From NCBI GenBank assembly GCA_032161105.1, contig JAVHTD010000001.1: 64,000 nucleotides of DNA. The stretch is one strand, 5' to 3'. Origin of the DNA: Candidatus Thermosaccharophagus tengchongensis. Lineage in GTDB: Bacteria; Armatimonadota; Fervidibacteria; Fervidibacterales; Thermosaccharophagaceae. Below the pieces are notes generated by a model. That model saw only the letters and a program-made list of their open reading frames with translations. It searched no databases and had not been told where the DNA came from. Each line of letters starts with the position of its first letter. The first letter of the stretch is position 1. Made by a program: the position numbers and the translations under genes. This document shows positions 1 to 10,600 of the stretch, piece by piece.

Positions 1-144
1 GACAGCACCTCGTCCACGACCGCCACAACCGATAAGAGCGACTTTGAAAGTTTTACGCTGCTGAGCAACCAAAATCGTCGGGACACTCAAACTTGCTACC
101 GCTACCTTGACAAAATCTCTCCGGCTGACCTTTCCCTTGCCCAT
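1..144 (-). CDS. Tat-exported Gfo/Idh/MocA family oxidoreductase, 5' part only (runs off window edge)
   Basis: Not in the ORF track. My translation is MGKGKVSRRDFVKVAVASLSVPTILVAQQRKTFKVALIGCGGRGRGAV, with a twin-arginine SRRDF motif and Rossmann GCGGRG. GAGGTG SD upstream. Close paralog of 12389..13660. Confidence 0.9.
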   Translation of the reverse strand, partial: MGKGKVSRRDFVKVAVASLSVPTILVAQQRKTFKVALIGCGGRGRGAV

Positions 145-197
145 TGTCATCACCTCGCTGAAACAGAAATCTCACTGCATCCGTTGCTGATGCACTT

Positions 198-926
198 TTA
201 CTCCCCTCGCCACTCAAAAGGTTCCTGCACAGGATGCTGTAGCAACTTGCGCACGGCTTGATATGTCAAGACAGCATCATCCACTTTGACAAATTCGTCG
301 TGACAGTGCTGGTTGTAATAGCCGATAGCAATGTTCACACCACACCGGTTAATGGCAGGACAGATGACCGTTATGTCCGTATAGATCCCTTCGCAAAGAT
401 CCCATTCTGGCAAATTTTGGGTAAGAAATGCCTCAAATTCCGAAGTGATGTGACCATAGTGAGCAAAATGCTGACGGTAGCGTCTGTCTAACTCAAGCAA
501 ATAAGGATATCGTCGCAGTTCATCACCCAAATTTCGGACCGCCTCCTCAGCACCTCGTTGTCCTTGTTCCTCATAATTTGTCAACAAAAAGCCAATGTCT
601 GGATGTTCACGAAGTAGCAAAACAATCAATGCCACACCCAAGCGGTCGTCTGCTCCTAACCCCTTTTCCTCGTCTGATGCTTCCAGACGAATTTCGTTCG
701 CCTCTTGGTCGTAAATGATTTCATCCTCGCATGGTGGCGACGACCATACAGTGTCTACATGGGCGATAAGCAAAGGTAATTCGTTAGAGCCCTGACGGTA
801 AGCGTAGAAATCCTCGTAAACTTGCGCACCGAATTGGTCTTGGAATTCTCTTAGGATCTCAGTGGGTGACATAACCGCCCACTTCCGAAATTCTTGCACT
901 ATTAACTCGGCGAGATTTTCTGTCAT
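198..926 (-). CDS. M28/M20-like zinc-binding metallopeptidase/amidohydrolase
   Basis: Motifs AHVDTV, LGADDRLG, NYEE, ELDR and GYYNQH. GGAGGGA SD. Confidence 0.75.
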   Translation of the reverse strand: MTENLAELIVQEFRKWAVMSPTEILREFQDQFGAQVYEDFYAYRQGSNELPLLIAHVDTVWSSPPCEDEIIYDQEANEIRLEASDEEKGLGADDRLGVALIVLLLREHPDIGFLLTNYEEQGQRGAEEAVRNLGDELRRYPYLLELDRRYRQHFAHYGHITSEFEAFLTQNLPEWDLCEGIYTDITVICPAINRCGVNIAIGYYNQHCHDEFVKVDDAVLTYQAVRKLLQHPVQEPFEWRGE

Positions 927-963
927 TGGAAGTCCCTCCTTTCGCCAAAGTTATGCTTGATGA

Positions 964-1029
964 TTACCTTGCTGGCACTCCGGGAACGGGCACGACTCCT
1001 TCGGCAGGCATCTCAACGGTTCCTTGCTC
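964..1029 (-). pseudogene. 3'-end remnant of a Gfo/Idh/MocA oxidoreductase paralog
   Basis: Reads EQGTVEMPAEGVVPVPGVPAR*, versus ERGTVEIPPEGVVPIPGIPVQ* at the end of 12389..13660 (14/21 aa and 46/66 nt identical by hand count). The similarity does not extend upstream. Confidence 0.8.
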
Positions 1030-1082
1030 CCACGATAATGCCCATAAAATGCCAATCACTGTGGGAGGGGCTTTAGCCCCGA
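1027..1082. repeat. REP-like palindromic element (GTGG tetramer type)
   Basis: GTGGGAGGGGCTTTAGCCCCGA at 1061-1082, plus an inverted end CTCCCAC at 1027-1033. Confidence 0.6.
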
Positions 1083-1119
1083 AAATCCAATCATCTCAAT
1101 TGTGCAAGTCCTGCGTTTT

Positions 1120-2700
1120 TTACTCCTGTAGCCACTTTCTCAAGTTGATTTGCCAGTTTGGCTCACCTTGACGAACTGCGAAAATTCGCCCCTTATCAAC
1201 GAGCTTCTCCACAAGCCCAATGCAATTCTCCCGCAATCCGTCGGCAAGAATGATAATCTTTCCGTAGCGCTTAAGTTGCTTAAGCCACTTTTGGTCTCCA
1301 AACAACGCCTCAGCAAAAATGACATGATATGGCACACTATCGGTGTCTATCAGCACATCGGCGATTAAGGCAAGGTCTCGTGGGCTGCCATACTGTGCAC
1401 GCCTATCCTTTTCGCAAATGACTGCAACTCGTGCGTCGGCGGCTGCGACCATGATTTTCCGGAATTTTGGCGCAAAATCTCCCAAAACATCATGACCATG
1501 TGTCAGGGTTAGCGTCTTTTGTCTAAACGGTGCCGCCATCCCCGGAACCCCCTCCCACCATGCCCAATAAAATGCCCCTTGAACTCCCATTTTTAGCCAT
1601 TGCTCAAGGCAAGCGCGCAAGGTGTCGGAATAAAGCGCGTCTTTCAATGGCGAATTTCCAAACAATTGGTAGCGTTTTTGTAGGGCATCTTTGTTTCTTT
1701 CAAGCCAATTTTTCCAAGTTAGCCCTGCGATGCCATATTCGCCGACAAGAACTGGCTTACCCCATGCCAAAAACCAACTCACCCAGTTTGCCGCTGCAAC
1801 TTTTAGGCTCATTTCAAACGGCATATCTGGGCAATGCATACCAAAGTAAAAGTGCGGGAAAAGCGCGTCAACTTCCTCTGGGACACGCCAACAAGACGAT
1901 GGTGGCAAGAAGTTGACACAAGCGCCCCAATCCTGAGTGTCCATGAAAACGAGCCTATTTCTGTCCGCATTTTTCACGGCTTTTGCGCATTCTTGGACAA
2001 GATTGAAATAACTTTCCTCCTCATTTGCAAGCCCACCAACTGGCTCATTCCATGGCACTTCAATTGCTGCAATTGTTGGATTGCCCTTGTAATGCTTTGC
2101 CAGCCATGCAAGTGCTTTTGGAACATGCTCAAAAGCTTTCTCCCAATCCAGCTCAACTTTTTCAATTGTTCCGTCCTCCCTCAATGTCAACTTTGCCATC
2201 CATGAGATAGCGCCACCATGTTTGCCCGTTTTTCGCAGTTGTTCGTTGCCACCAGCAAAATAACGCCACGGGTCTGAAGGCAACTCATGGAACTCAAGCA
2301 CGACATAAAGCCCAAGCTTGCTCGCTTTCTCCACGAGAGCATCAAGAAATTGCACGAACCCATCCTTTAGCCTATGTTTGCGCATTATCTCGCCATATTG
2401 AGCGTCGTCTGGGAAGACATTCGGTGCTGGCTCAATGTAACTCATGTTCATTGGCACTCTAATTGCGTTGAAGCCACACTTTGCAATTGCTTCAAGGTTT
2501 AGCTCCATTTCTCCAATGTCTTGGCGAATTGCCCACCCAAGGTGAGTCTCAAACAAGTTGACGCCAAACAATCCGATTGGCTTACCACTTTTGGCATCTA
2601 TGAGTTTGCCGTCACGGATTGCCAACGGTGAAATTGCGAAAGCCGATGAGACGAGCATCAGTGAGAAAAGAACAACCGCTTCCCTTCGCATAGTCCCCAC
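1120..2700 (-). CDS. Secreted GH5-like (clan GH-A) glycoside hydrolase
   Basis: Signal peptide; GVNLF, GFNAIRVP, VVLEFH; acid/base WNEP; nucleophile VLVGEYG; YWAW. Confidence 0.85.
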   Translation of the reverse strand: MGTMRREAVVLFSLMLVSSAFAISPLAIRDGKLIDAKSGKPIGLFGVNLFETHLGWAIRQDIGEMELNLEAIAKCGFNAIRVPMNMSYIEPAPNVFPDDAQYGEIMRKHRLKDGFVQFLDALVEKASKLGLYVVLEFHELPSDPWRYFAGGNEQLRKTGKHGGAISWMAKLTLREDGTIEKVELDWEKAFEHVPKALAWLAKHYKGNPTIAAIEVPWNEPVGGLANEEESYFNLVQECAKAVKNADRNRLVFMDTQDWGACVNFLPPSSCWRVPEEVDALFPHFYFGMHCPDMPFEMSLKVAAANWVSWFLAWGKPVLVGEYGIAGLTWKNWLERNKDALQKRYQLFGNSPLKDALYSDTLRACLEQWLKMGVQGAFYWAWWEGVPGMAAPFRQKTLTLTHGHDVLGDFAPKFRKIMVAAADARVAVICEKDRRAQYGSPRDLALIADVLIDTDSVPYHVIFAEALFGDQKWLKQLKRYGKIIILADGLRENCIGLVEKLVDKGRIFAVRQGEPNWQINLRKWLQE

Positions 2701-2709
2701 CTCGTTCCT

Positions 2710-2765
2710 CGTAGGGGCGGATGGAATCCGCCCGTATTTTCGGGCAGGCTTTGCCTGCCCCTACG
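2710..2765. repeat. GTAG-family REP doublet (REPIN-like)
   Basis: CGTAGGGGCGGATGGAATCCGCCC-GTATTTTC-GGGCAGGCTTTGCCTGCCCCTACG: two hairpins in inverted arrangement with GTAG/CTAC ends. Confidence 0.8.
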
Positions 2766-2878
2766 GTTTACGGTTGGCGAAATCCGTCATCCATCTTCCA
2801 TTTGGTTTTCAAAGTGACCATCTCAGGTCAACTGCAATTTTAGCGCGTGAAACTTCTGTCATCAAGGCTTAATGCCCT

Positions 2879-5800
2879 CTATCGTTCCTTCAATTTGCCC
2901 AAGGAAAATGTGCAAAGCACACCATCTTCAGCCGCTGCCAAGAGCATCAGTTGTGGCTTGGGGATGAGCCAAATCCCGACGACTTTTTCCGGCAGTTCGG
3001 CTACACCGAGTGGGCGCAATCTGCCATCAAGCAAGATGATGCGCCCATCGTCGCCGCCAATGACCAGCCGATAACCTTGAGCGTCAGGGAGAAGGAGCAT
3101 CGCTCTCACTGCATCGGAAGCACGGTAGGTGGCTTTCACTTGACCCTGTGCGTTGATGGCGTAAAGATAGCCCGTTTCCGAAGCCACTATGACTTCCATC
3201 TTCCCATCCCCATCTACATCTGCCACTGCCAATGCAGTGTTGGCATAGCCAAAGTTGCAAAAGCGCCATCGCTCACGCCCACGGAAGGTCTTGACCGCCA
3301 GTTCGCCAGTGGAACTCCCGTTGACCACCTCCATTTGCCCATCGCCATCTAAGTCGCCCAAGGCGAACTCCACATCGCCCAGTTCCGAATAGACATTCTC
3401 CACCTGTTTCCCATCGGCGTCAAAGATTTCCACCGAGCCATAGCGGTTGCCGACGATGATTTCCCTTTTCCCATCGCCGTCCAAGTCCACCAGTGCGCCT
3501 TTGATAGTTCCATGCTCAATTTGGTCAAAACGCCAAAGCATCTTCAACTCTACATCGTAGGCGATAAGGTTGCCATTGGCTGTGCCCACAAAGAGGCGCA
3601 TCGGTCCGTCGTCGGTCAATCGCCCGCACAAAATTGTGCGAATTTTTGGCCGTGCCACGCTTGAGGTCCCGATGCGCAACGGAGCCTCAATGGGCAATCG
3701 GCGGAGCAAGCGTCCATTGGCATCCAGCCAAAACAAGGTTTCTTCATCGCCGCCTGTGAGCACATCCGTTTTCCCATCGCCATCCAAGTCGCCAACCCAG
3801 ACGGCTTGCAGGGCATCGTGTCGTCTGAAGCGCCACAACTCTTTGCCTTCTCCGTCAAAGCACCTCAAGAACCTTCCTTGGGCTACGAAAAGGCGCCCGT
3901 CGCTCCATGCCACATCATTCACGATGGGCAATGGTTCGCCCGGTTGAACGACGGGTGGCTCCTGTTTCCAGATGAGTGGCAAGCGCACCTGAGCAGTGGA
4001 AGGTGATGGCTCTGTGTGCGGTTCAAGCCATGCTGGGAATCGGGCTAACCGTCGCAGGAGGGACTTCACATCAGTTAGTGCGGGCAATTCCACAGTTTTG
4101 GGTTCTATGGAGCGCCACTTGCCCAATTGTGTCCCTGCCACTACCGCTGCCCAATCAGCCTCAACCCAAAACAGGGCTGCGTCAATAGGGAGCAAGGCTC
4201 TCGTCGCCTCTTGCTGACCTGTGCCGAAGTAGGCAATTGGCTCGCCATGGCGGAGCAGCAACCCTTCCCGAGGACCTAAGCGATGCAGGCGAAGAGCCAA
4301 AGGAGCCTTGGAGTGCTCGGCATAGAGCAGGTTCAGGAAAGCGCGCCCATCGCCGTGTTGAAGCTGCCCTGTGAGGCGTTCGTGGACTTTGCGAATCCTC
4401 AAGCCCACATTGTTGATTCGCCGTGTAACCTTTGCCCGTCCAGAGCCATCGCCGACAAGGTAAAGGTTCACTGTAGGCGCAGCACGCCGTTGCTCTTCGG
4501 GGATTGGTGGTGCGTCCTCAGCCTCCGCTGCCCACACCTCTTCACCTGTCGTCTTGCGCAACATGATGCGGTCAAGGAGCGGTCCCGGAGCCTCACGGAG
4601 GGTGATGGTGAAGCGGTGCATGCCATCTTGCTTGATGCGAACATTGGGCGTTGGCGTGTCCTTCGTGTGCGTAGCGCTGGAAGGTCCAAATTTGCCAACT
4701 GGGATATGGAAAGCCGCTGGCTCGCCATCGTCCACTCGCACCCAGAAGGAGTCACTCCCCGTGTCCAGTCCTTTGGCAATCAGCGTGAGGGAATACTCGC
4801 CGGCGGGCAGGTTGAGGATGAAGTCCAATTGGCTATCCGTTCGTGCGAAGCGCAAAGCCCAACCGCCGCTGGCTTCGTCGTCCTCCGTTCGCACCAAACC
4901 CCAATTGCCGATGCGCCCGCCTTGTGGCACAAGGCTAAGCCAAATGCGGTTTGTCCTCTCCTCAAACCATTTCTGCTCCTCACGCTCCAAGGTTTTCCAG
5001 ACGCACTCAAAAGTGAACTCGCCCTCTTGGCGTGCCTTCAATTCATCAAGCACCACGAAGCACAGCCCTTTGCGCCAAAAGATCGTCCTCAGCCAGTCGG
5101 CGCCGTTCCAGTCGTAGACCGCTGTTTGCGTTGCGCCAAAGTGCGGCAGGTCGGCAAGGTGTTTTAGAGCGGCATAGATTGGCTCTGGTTCCTCAGCACG
5201 CCCGTTGCGAAGGATGCTCACCATGTTGTGCTCGGTGGTATTTCGGACAAGATAATCGCCATCAATGAGCAGGTCCTCTCCCAACATGGAGAGTTTCACG
5301 ATGGCATTGCCGTCGTAGTGAAGGTGCTTCCCCGTGGCGATGCCGTCCAAAAGGAGAAAGGCGGAGTCGGGTTCCCATCCCTCACGAAAGGCAATTTTGT
5401 CAAAGGTTTGTTCGTAAGGCACATTGGTTGGACGATGTGGCTCGCCATAGGCGGGTTGCTTTGTAAAGTGCTCGTAAAAGAGGCGAGGCATGGGGAAGGA
5501 ATGGACGCCGATGAGTTCCGGCCATGGGCGAGGTTCTACATCTTGCCAGTAGGGGTTGACCCAATCAGGCTTGATATGCTTTAGACGCCACAAGTAACGC
5601 CCATCACGATAGAACCAAAACGCCAAAGGCAACGCCGTCAACTCCAAGTAAGGCACACGGCTATAGCCCGAATCGCCAAAGCCGGGAATGTAGCCACGAG
5701 CATCGCTGACGAATGTCTGATACTCTGCGAAGAGGCGATAGTTGCCATTGGCGAAGAAGTCGTAGCGCCCCTCAGCGAGTTCGTATTGCACCTGATGGTT

Positions 5801-7423
5801 AGGCGTCAAGGTGATGTAACTGTCGGCGTCCTCTTGCGGCTTCCAAGAGTTGCGCTGACCACGAAAGGCACCGTGCACTTGCGCCAAATAATCGTCCATG
5901 CGCTCATCCACATCGCCGTAAAAGCGGCGAAAGTAGCGAGCCAAGCCGTAAACGCCCAGGAGTGGGAATGTCTGGTGGTTCCAAATGATGCCCTTATTCT
6001 CGGCAAAAGTGCCCCAATTGTAAACATGGCGGGTGAGGATGTGGAGTGTCATAAGAAGGGTCTGCGTGCAAATGTGGCGTTCCTCGTCGGTGAAGACTGG
6101 TGCTTCCTCAATGGCGTCCCACAAAAGACCGATGCGGAATGATGAAGTCTCTTCGGGCCATGTGAGGCGATGGTTCGGGTTCTGGCGATAGAGTTCCCAA
6201 TAGCGCAACAACACACGCTTTGCGCCCTCGGCATAGACTTCCTCGCCTGTGCGAAGGTATTGCTCAGCGTAGCGCAAGAATAGGGTGAAATCGGCGGGAG
6301 GTGCGGCGATTGTCCGTCGCTCCTCTTCCGAGGGAGGTTTGTGCGGCTCAACCAGCAGCGTGTATGGCACGAGCCAGCGGTCACCTTGCCTCTCCACTCG
6401 CTTCAGCAGAGCCTCCACTGCCTTTGTCACTCCCGTTGCATTGCTCCCGCCAAGCACGATGACATTCTGGTCAAGGCGGAAATTGTAAGGCTGGCAGACA
6501 GTTCGCAACGCAAAGCCGTCTTTGCCGGGGAAGGCAGCATCTTCAAAGGCAGCCAAGTTCCAGTAAAGCCGTTCAATGATGGGATTGTTGAGCATGCTCC
6601 CCAACGCCAAGATGGAGCGCTCTCGGAGGTTGGGCAATTGATGGGCTGCCAAGATGTCCTCCAACCTTTCGCCTCGCACACGGGGCACAGTGCGTAGGGG
6701 AAGGGCAATGCCCATCTGCCTTTGCAGTTCGGATTGCAGCCTTTGGGCAATGGCTAAGTGGTCGGCATCGTCTGGAGCGACGATGATGGCTTGAGCCTGC
6801 CCTCCCTCCACCAACACCGTCTCCCGTTGGAGGGAACGAACCTTTGCGACACCTTCCGAGCCGTGGAACAAAAGTGGTCCAAATTTTTGCGCCACTTCGG
6901 GCGGAATCTCACGCAATGAGGCGTCGTCCAACAGCGTCTCGCTTCGCCAGAAGTGGATGGTGTAAAGGTAGATTCGCGCTGTTTTTGCATCCGCAGGAGC
7001 CTGCATCATGACACGAAATCGCTTCCAATCGCCACCGATGGGAGGGTTAAGCCAAACGGATGCCAACTGGTTGCCGGGCAAGAAGCGCAACTGTAGCTGC
7101 ACTGCCTCAGGGTGATTGCGTGAAATTGCCTTTACCCACACGCTCGCTTCATACCAGTGACCGGGCTGGACGGGGACATCCTGCTGTAGTCCGATGCTCC
7201 AACGGCTGTCTCGCTCTTCGGGTCCCTCATCCACAAAGCGCACTGCCCATTGACCTGAATGAGCCTCCTTTGCCATTTCCACACGGCTCTGCGGCACGCC
7301 ACCGCCGTAGCGCTGCCATCCGACAGGCAAGCCCTCCCGCCATGCTTCAAAGCTCGGATTCACAAGCAGCTCGCCATCAATTGCCACCAAAAGGCTAATT
7401 GTCATCCACAAAATTGGCATCAT
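2879..7423 (-). CDS. Large secreted multidomain protein: CBM4/9-like domain, heparinase II/III-like lyase module, C-terminal FG-GAP/PQQ-like beta-propeller
   Basis: LLVNPSFE CBM start; IIWNH; HLHYDGN..LLIDGDY..TTEHNMV; repeated DLDGDG motifs. Start placed at MMPILW (SD GGAGCGTGATG) rather than the track's 7585. Confidence 0.75.
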   Translation of the reverse strand: MMPILWMTISLLVAIDGELLVNPSFEAWREGLPVGWQRYGGGVPQSRVEMAKEAHSGQWAVRFVDEGPEERDSRWSIGLQQDVPVQPGHWYEASVWVKAISRNHPEAVQLQLRFLPGNQLASVWLNPPIGGDWKRFRVMMQAPADAKTARIYLYTIHFWRSETLLDDASLREIPPEVAQKFGPLLFHGSEGVAKVRSLQRETVLVEGGQAQAIIVAPDDADHLAIAQRLQSELQRQMGIALPLRTVPRVRGERLEDILAAHQLPNLRERSILALGSMLNNPIIERLYWNLAAFEDAAFPGKDGFALRTVCQPYNFRLDQNVIVLGGSNATGVTKAVEALLKRVERQGDRWLVPYTLLVEPHKPPSEEERRTIAAPPADFTLFLRYAEQYLRTGEEVYAEGAKRVLLRYWELYRQNPNHRLTWPEETSSFRIGLLWDAIEEAPVFTDEERHICTQTLLMTLHILTRHVYNWGTFAENKGIIWNHQTFPLLGVYGLARYFRRFYGDVDERMDDYLAQVHGAFRGQRNSWKPQEDADSYITLTPNHQVQYELAEGRYDFFANGNYRLFAEYQTFVSDARGYIPGFGDSGYSRVPYLELTALPLAFWFYRDGRYLWRLKHIKPDWVNPYWQDVEPRPWPELIGVHSFPMPRLFYEHFTKQPAYGEPHRPTNVPYEQTFDKIAFREGWEPDSAFLLLDGIATGKHLHYDGNAIVKLSMLGEDLLIDGDYLVRNTTEHNMVSILRNGRAEEPEPIYAALKHLADLPHFGATQTAVYDWNGADWLRTIFWRKGLCFVVLDELKARQEGEFTFECVWKTLEREEQKWFEERTNRIWLSLVPQGGRIGNWGLVRTEDDEASGGWALRFARTDSQLDFILNLPAGEYSLTLIAKGLDTGSDSFWVRVDDGEPAAFHIPVGKFGPSSATHTKDTPTPNVRIKQDGMHRFTITLREAPGPLLDRIMLRKTTGEEVWAAEAEDAPPIPEEQRRAAPTVNLYLVGDGSGRAKVTRRINNVGLRIRKVHERLTGQLQHGDGRAFLNLLYAEHSKAPLALRLHRLGPREGLLLRHGEPIAYFGTGQQEATRALLPIDAALFWVEADWAAVVAGTQLGKWRSIEPKTVELPALTDVKSLLRRLARFPAWLEPHTEPSPSTAQVRLPLIWKQEPPVVQPGEPLPIVNDVAWSDGRLFVAQGRFLRCFDGEGKELWRFRRHDALQAVWVGDLDGDGKTDVLTGGDEETLFWLDANGRLLRRLPIEAPLRIGTSSVARPKIRTILCGRLTDDGPMRLFVGTANGNLIAYDVELKMLWRFDQIEHGTIKGALVDLDGDGKREIIVGNRYGSVEIFDADGKQVENVYSELGDVEFALGDLDGDGQMEVVNGSSTGELAVKTFRGRERWRFCNFGYANTALAVADVDGDGKMEVIVASETGYLYAINAQGQVKATYRASDAVRAMLLLPDAQGYRLVIGGDDGRIILLDGRLRPLGVAELPEKVVGIWLIPKPQLMLLAAAEDGVLCTFSLGKLKER

Positions 7424-7623
7424 TTTCACATCACGCTCCTTTGTTCGCCCAATTTGGAGCTGCACTCCCGTGGCATTTCTCCGGCGCCGTTGCTGTTTTT
7501 GCTCGCTTGACTCAAGGTGCTCTTTTCGCTGGGGGATTTCAGTTTTGGTGGGATTTCCCCATCCAAAGCCGAAGTATTCCGTCACCTTTAATGAGCCATC
7601 TAAGCGTTGCCAATCACAGTTGA

Positions 7624-10600
7624 TTATGGTGCTATTATCCTTATCAACTTTGCCCTGAAAGGCTCAATGCCAATTTTAACCCCATTTTCTCCGAGTTTTT
7701 CCGAATCTCCCTCGTATAGTATTTCGTCGGTGCACTCATCAACCAGCTTTATTTTGCCACGATGCCTTAGGTTGAGAAAAATGCGGTAACTTCCGCCTTT
7801 CCCTTTCCTTTCATAAAAGACAACACCACTATCGCCATATGCAATGAGGATATTTGGTGGGCTCTTTTGGTCAACAGTGACACCATTTTTTTGGAGGAAT
7901 AAGGCGAGTTTTTCCACAACATCTTTTTTGCCCCGATCAAACTCAAAACAGGGTATTTCCCCAGCCTTTGCAGCATTTATCACTTCTTCAGGCAATCCCT
8001 CAGCAAAAAGAATGAGCGCCTTATAACGCTTCATCCAATTTGGCTTGACCAAAATGCACTCATCAAAGAGGAAATCAAAGGGCACAACATGCAAACCCAA
8101 AAGAGCCTCAACAACTGGATGTGGCGGAAGGTCACGATTATGCCTCTTTTCCGAAGCCATGACAATGGCGACTTCCGCCTCCCTTCTTGGATTCACTTGC
8201 TGCCAGAATCTACACCACGCATGGTATCTGGCAAAGCCTATTCCAAAAATTTCCCTCTCTCCGCCTCCATGCCCCCAACCGACTGTCCCTTCAATTCCCA
8301 TAGCGAATTCTTGGGCAAGTATAGAATCAACTCCCCTTTCACCCCATCCTGGCTCTAAATCGTGCTTGTTCCAGAAGAAATAGAAGCAATGCCCTTCTGT
8401 GCGCACGAGCGGTATCCTTGATGCCCTCGGATAAGCATACCACTCACACAATGTCCCCTCCTGCACTATCCTGTGCTGCGGGTAATCGTGATAGTGGAAA
8501 GCATCAATTCCTTTTGGGAAAAGCCAGTATGATGAGGGTGCAATCCATGGGTCATCATTCCTTATTGAATTCCAGCCGTTTGGACCTAAGATGCAAATTC
8601 TTTGCGGATCCTCGGACTTTATTGCCTTAACACATCCCTCCACAAGCTCCCGATAAATTTGGTCATACTTCCTGCTATCTTCCCTCGTTTTTATAGCCCA
8701 AGGTCTTTGCCCTATTAGTGGCTCGTTCCACGGGACTTCAAACCCTACGATGAACGGGTTGCCTTTAAAATGCTTGGCAACCCATTGCCAAAGCTTTGAG
8801 ATGCGATGGCGGGCAAATTCAAAGGCTTTTGGATAATCTTGAGGGTGTGTCTTTGCACCGGAAATTGGTATGGGCGAGAAATAGCCCCATGGTGGGTTAT
8901 CATGGAATTCAAAGATGGTGTAGATGCCATATCTGGCGAGCAAGTTAATGAGTTCGTCCACCATCTTTGGAAAGAGCGGGCAATAGCCATTTTTCGCCAT
9001 AATTTCCCAGTATTTGGGAGAATCCGGGAATGCATCCTCGCCGTCGGGTAGATACAGTGTTCCGGGGACACCAAGCCTGACGCAATTTATGCCGTAATAG
9101 GCAAATGCCGCGATTTCTCTCTCCCTTTCGGCGAGCCATTCGTTGAAGTCAATATGTGTGCGTCCCTTGAGCTCAAGAGGTGGGGAATACCACCAACCAA
9201 AAAGCCTGATTCTTTTGCCGCTCATGTCATAAAATTTCCCATCCTTTACAGACAACGCGCATGTCTTTTTGTCAAGCGCTCTTGCCAGCGGCCTTTTTGG
9301 GTCATATTGCCATGAAAATTCAAAACCATTGACAGTGACATTTCCCCCAATTGTGCACTTGAACCGAATTACTCCCCACTTAATCGGAATTTTGGACATA
9401 TCTCCGCCAGTTGGTATGGGATGCCAACTCTCACCGTGGTCAAGCGAATACTCCCAACGGATGAGCCCATTACCTTTGTGAATGCCTGCAAATCGTGACC
9501 ATCTTATCGCTCCAATGGGCATTATGTCGTTGGTGATGAAATAGCCAAAGTTGTAAGTTGCCGCCTCAAAAACTTGGAACTCAGACAAACCGCACCTCCC
9601 CCTCCTCTCACCCCAAAATTCCCGAGCTTCTCCGAATATCTTCCGTGTTTTCTTCGGTGGTTCAATGTAAAACCAGTGGCACGCTGTATCTTTCGGCAAG
9701 CTCAAAGTAGTTTCACTGCCGTCATCAAAACGCAAAGTGAGTTTCTTTATCCTGCTCCTTTCTTCAACACCGTGAGCCTGTTTGACCATCACTTTTGCAA
9801 CTAAGGCATCTTTTGGGAGGGTAATTTCAAACCAAATTGGCTTATCTTGTGGGTAATTTTGTGGCGTCATCCACCATGCGTCCGAGCCGTCAATTAAGCC
9901 ACGCCATCCACCCCATGTCGCATTTGGAACTTCCTCCGCACAGACTTTCACCTCAGCATTTAGCGCAATGTTTTTTGGGGAGGTTTTTCCGAGAACTATT
10001 CCATCTTCGGTGAAATCAACCCCTTCGCAGCGCACTATAAATGCATCGGGAAATAGCGAGCCAAATGCCCTTGGATTGAGTTCTTGTTTGAGTGTTATCG
10101 TTTTTATCATTTTAATTGGGTCCGATAGCGCTATTTTTGAGGCGTGCATCCACATCCCGGGAGGCTTGTGATAAATGCGGATTTCACGCTCGTCGCCGAA
10201 ACCGTAAAGTGTGACCTCAAATGCCTTATCAACCGCATTTATGCTCTCTTTGGAAGTGCGATAGACTGTCACGAGAAGCACATATTTACCATCTGGCAAA
10301 AACGCTCTGTCAACTCTTTCCCACCGCAATGCTCCCCAAGGCTCGCGAATCTCATCACCAAGTCCGTTCCATTGAATTGAATGTTTCCCAACTCCCAAAC
10401 TATCATTTCTAAAGAGCACCCTCCCAACAGCCCCTTTTTCGGAGATTATCCTCGCAAAAACTCCGCATTGCTCTTCCAAATCCAGGGTTAACTGTAAGCT
10501 ACTGCCAGCCACAAGCCTTTGCCTATCAACTTTTACCGAGGCTTTTGGTGAAAATTTAGCCGAAGTTATTGATTCTTTTGCCACTTCAAATGCCACACCA

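Noticed and set aside
4283..5167. Long opposite-strand ORFs (also 20253..21071, 38148..38966, 57597..58433)
   Set aside because: Antisense shadows of well-supported genes, with no recognisable motifs.
7424..7620. Track's N-terminal extension of the lyase-like ORF, or a possible gene remnant (..KGDGILRLWMGKSHQN*)
   Set aside because: The SD and signal peptide point to a start at 7423; the remnant is too short to assign.
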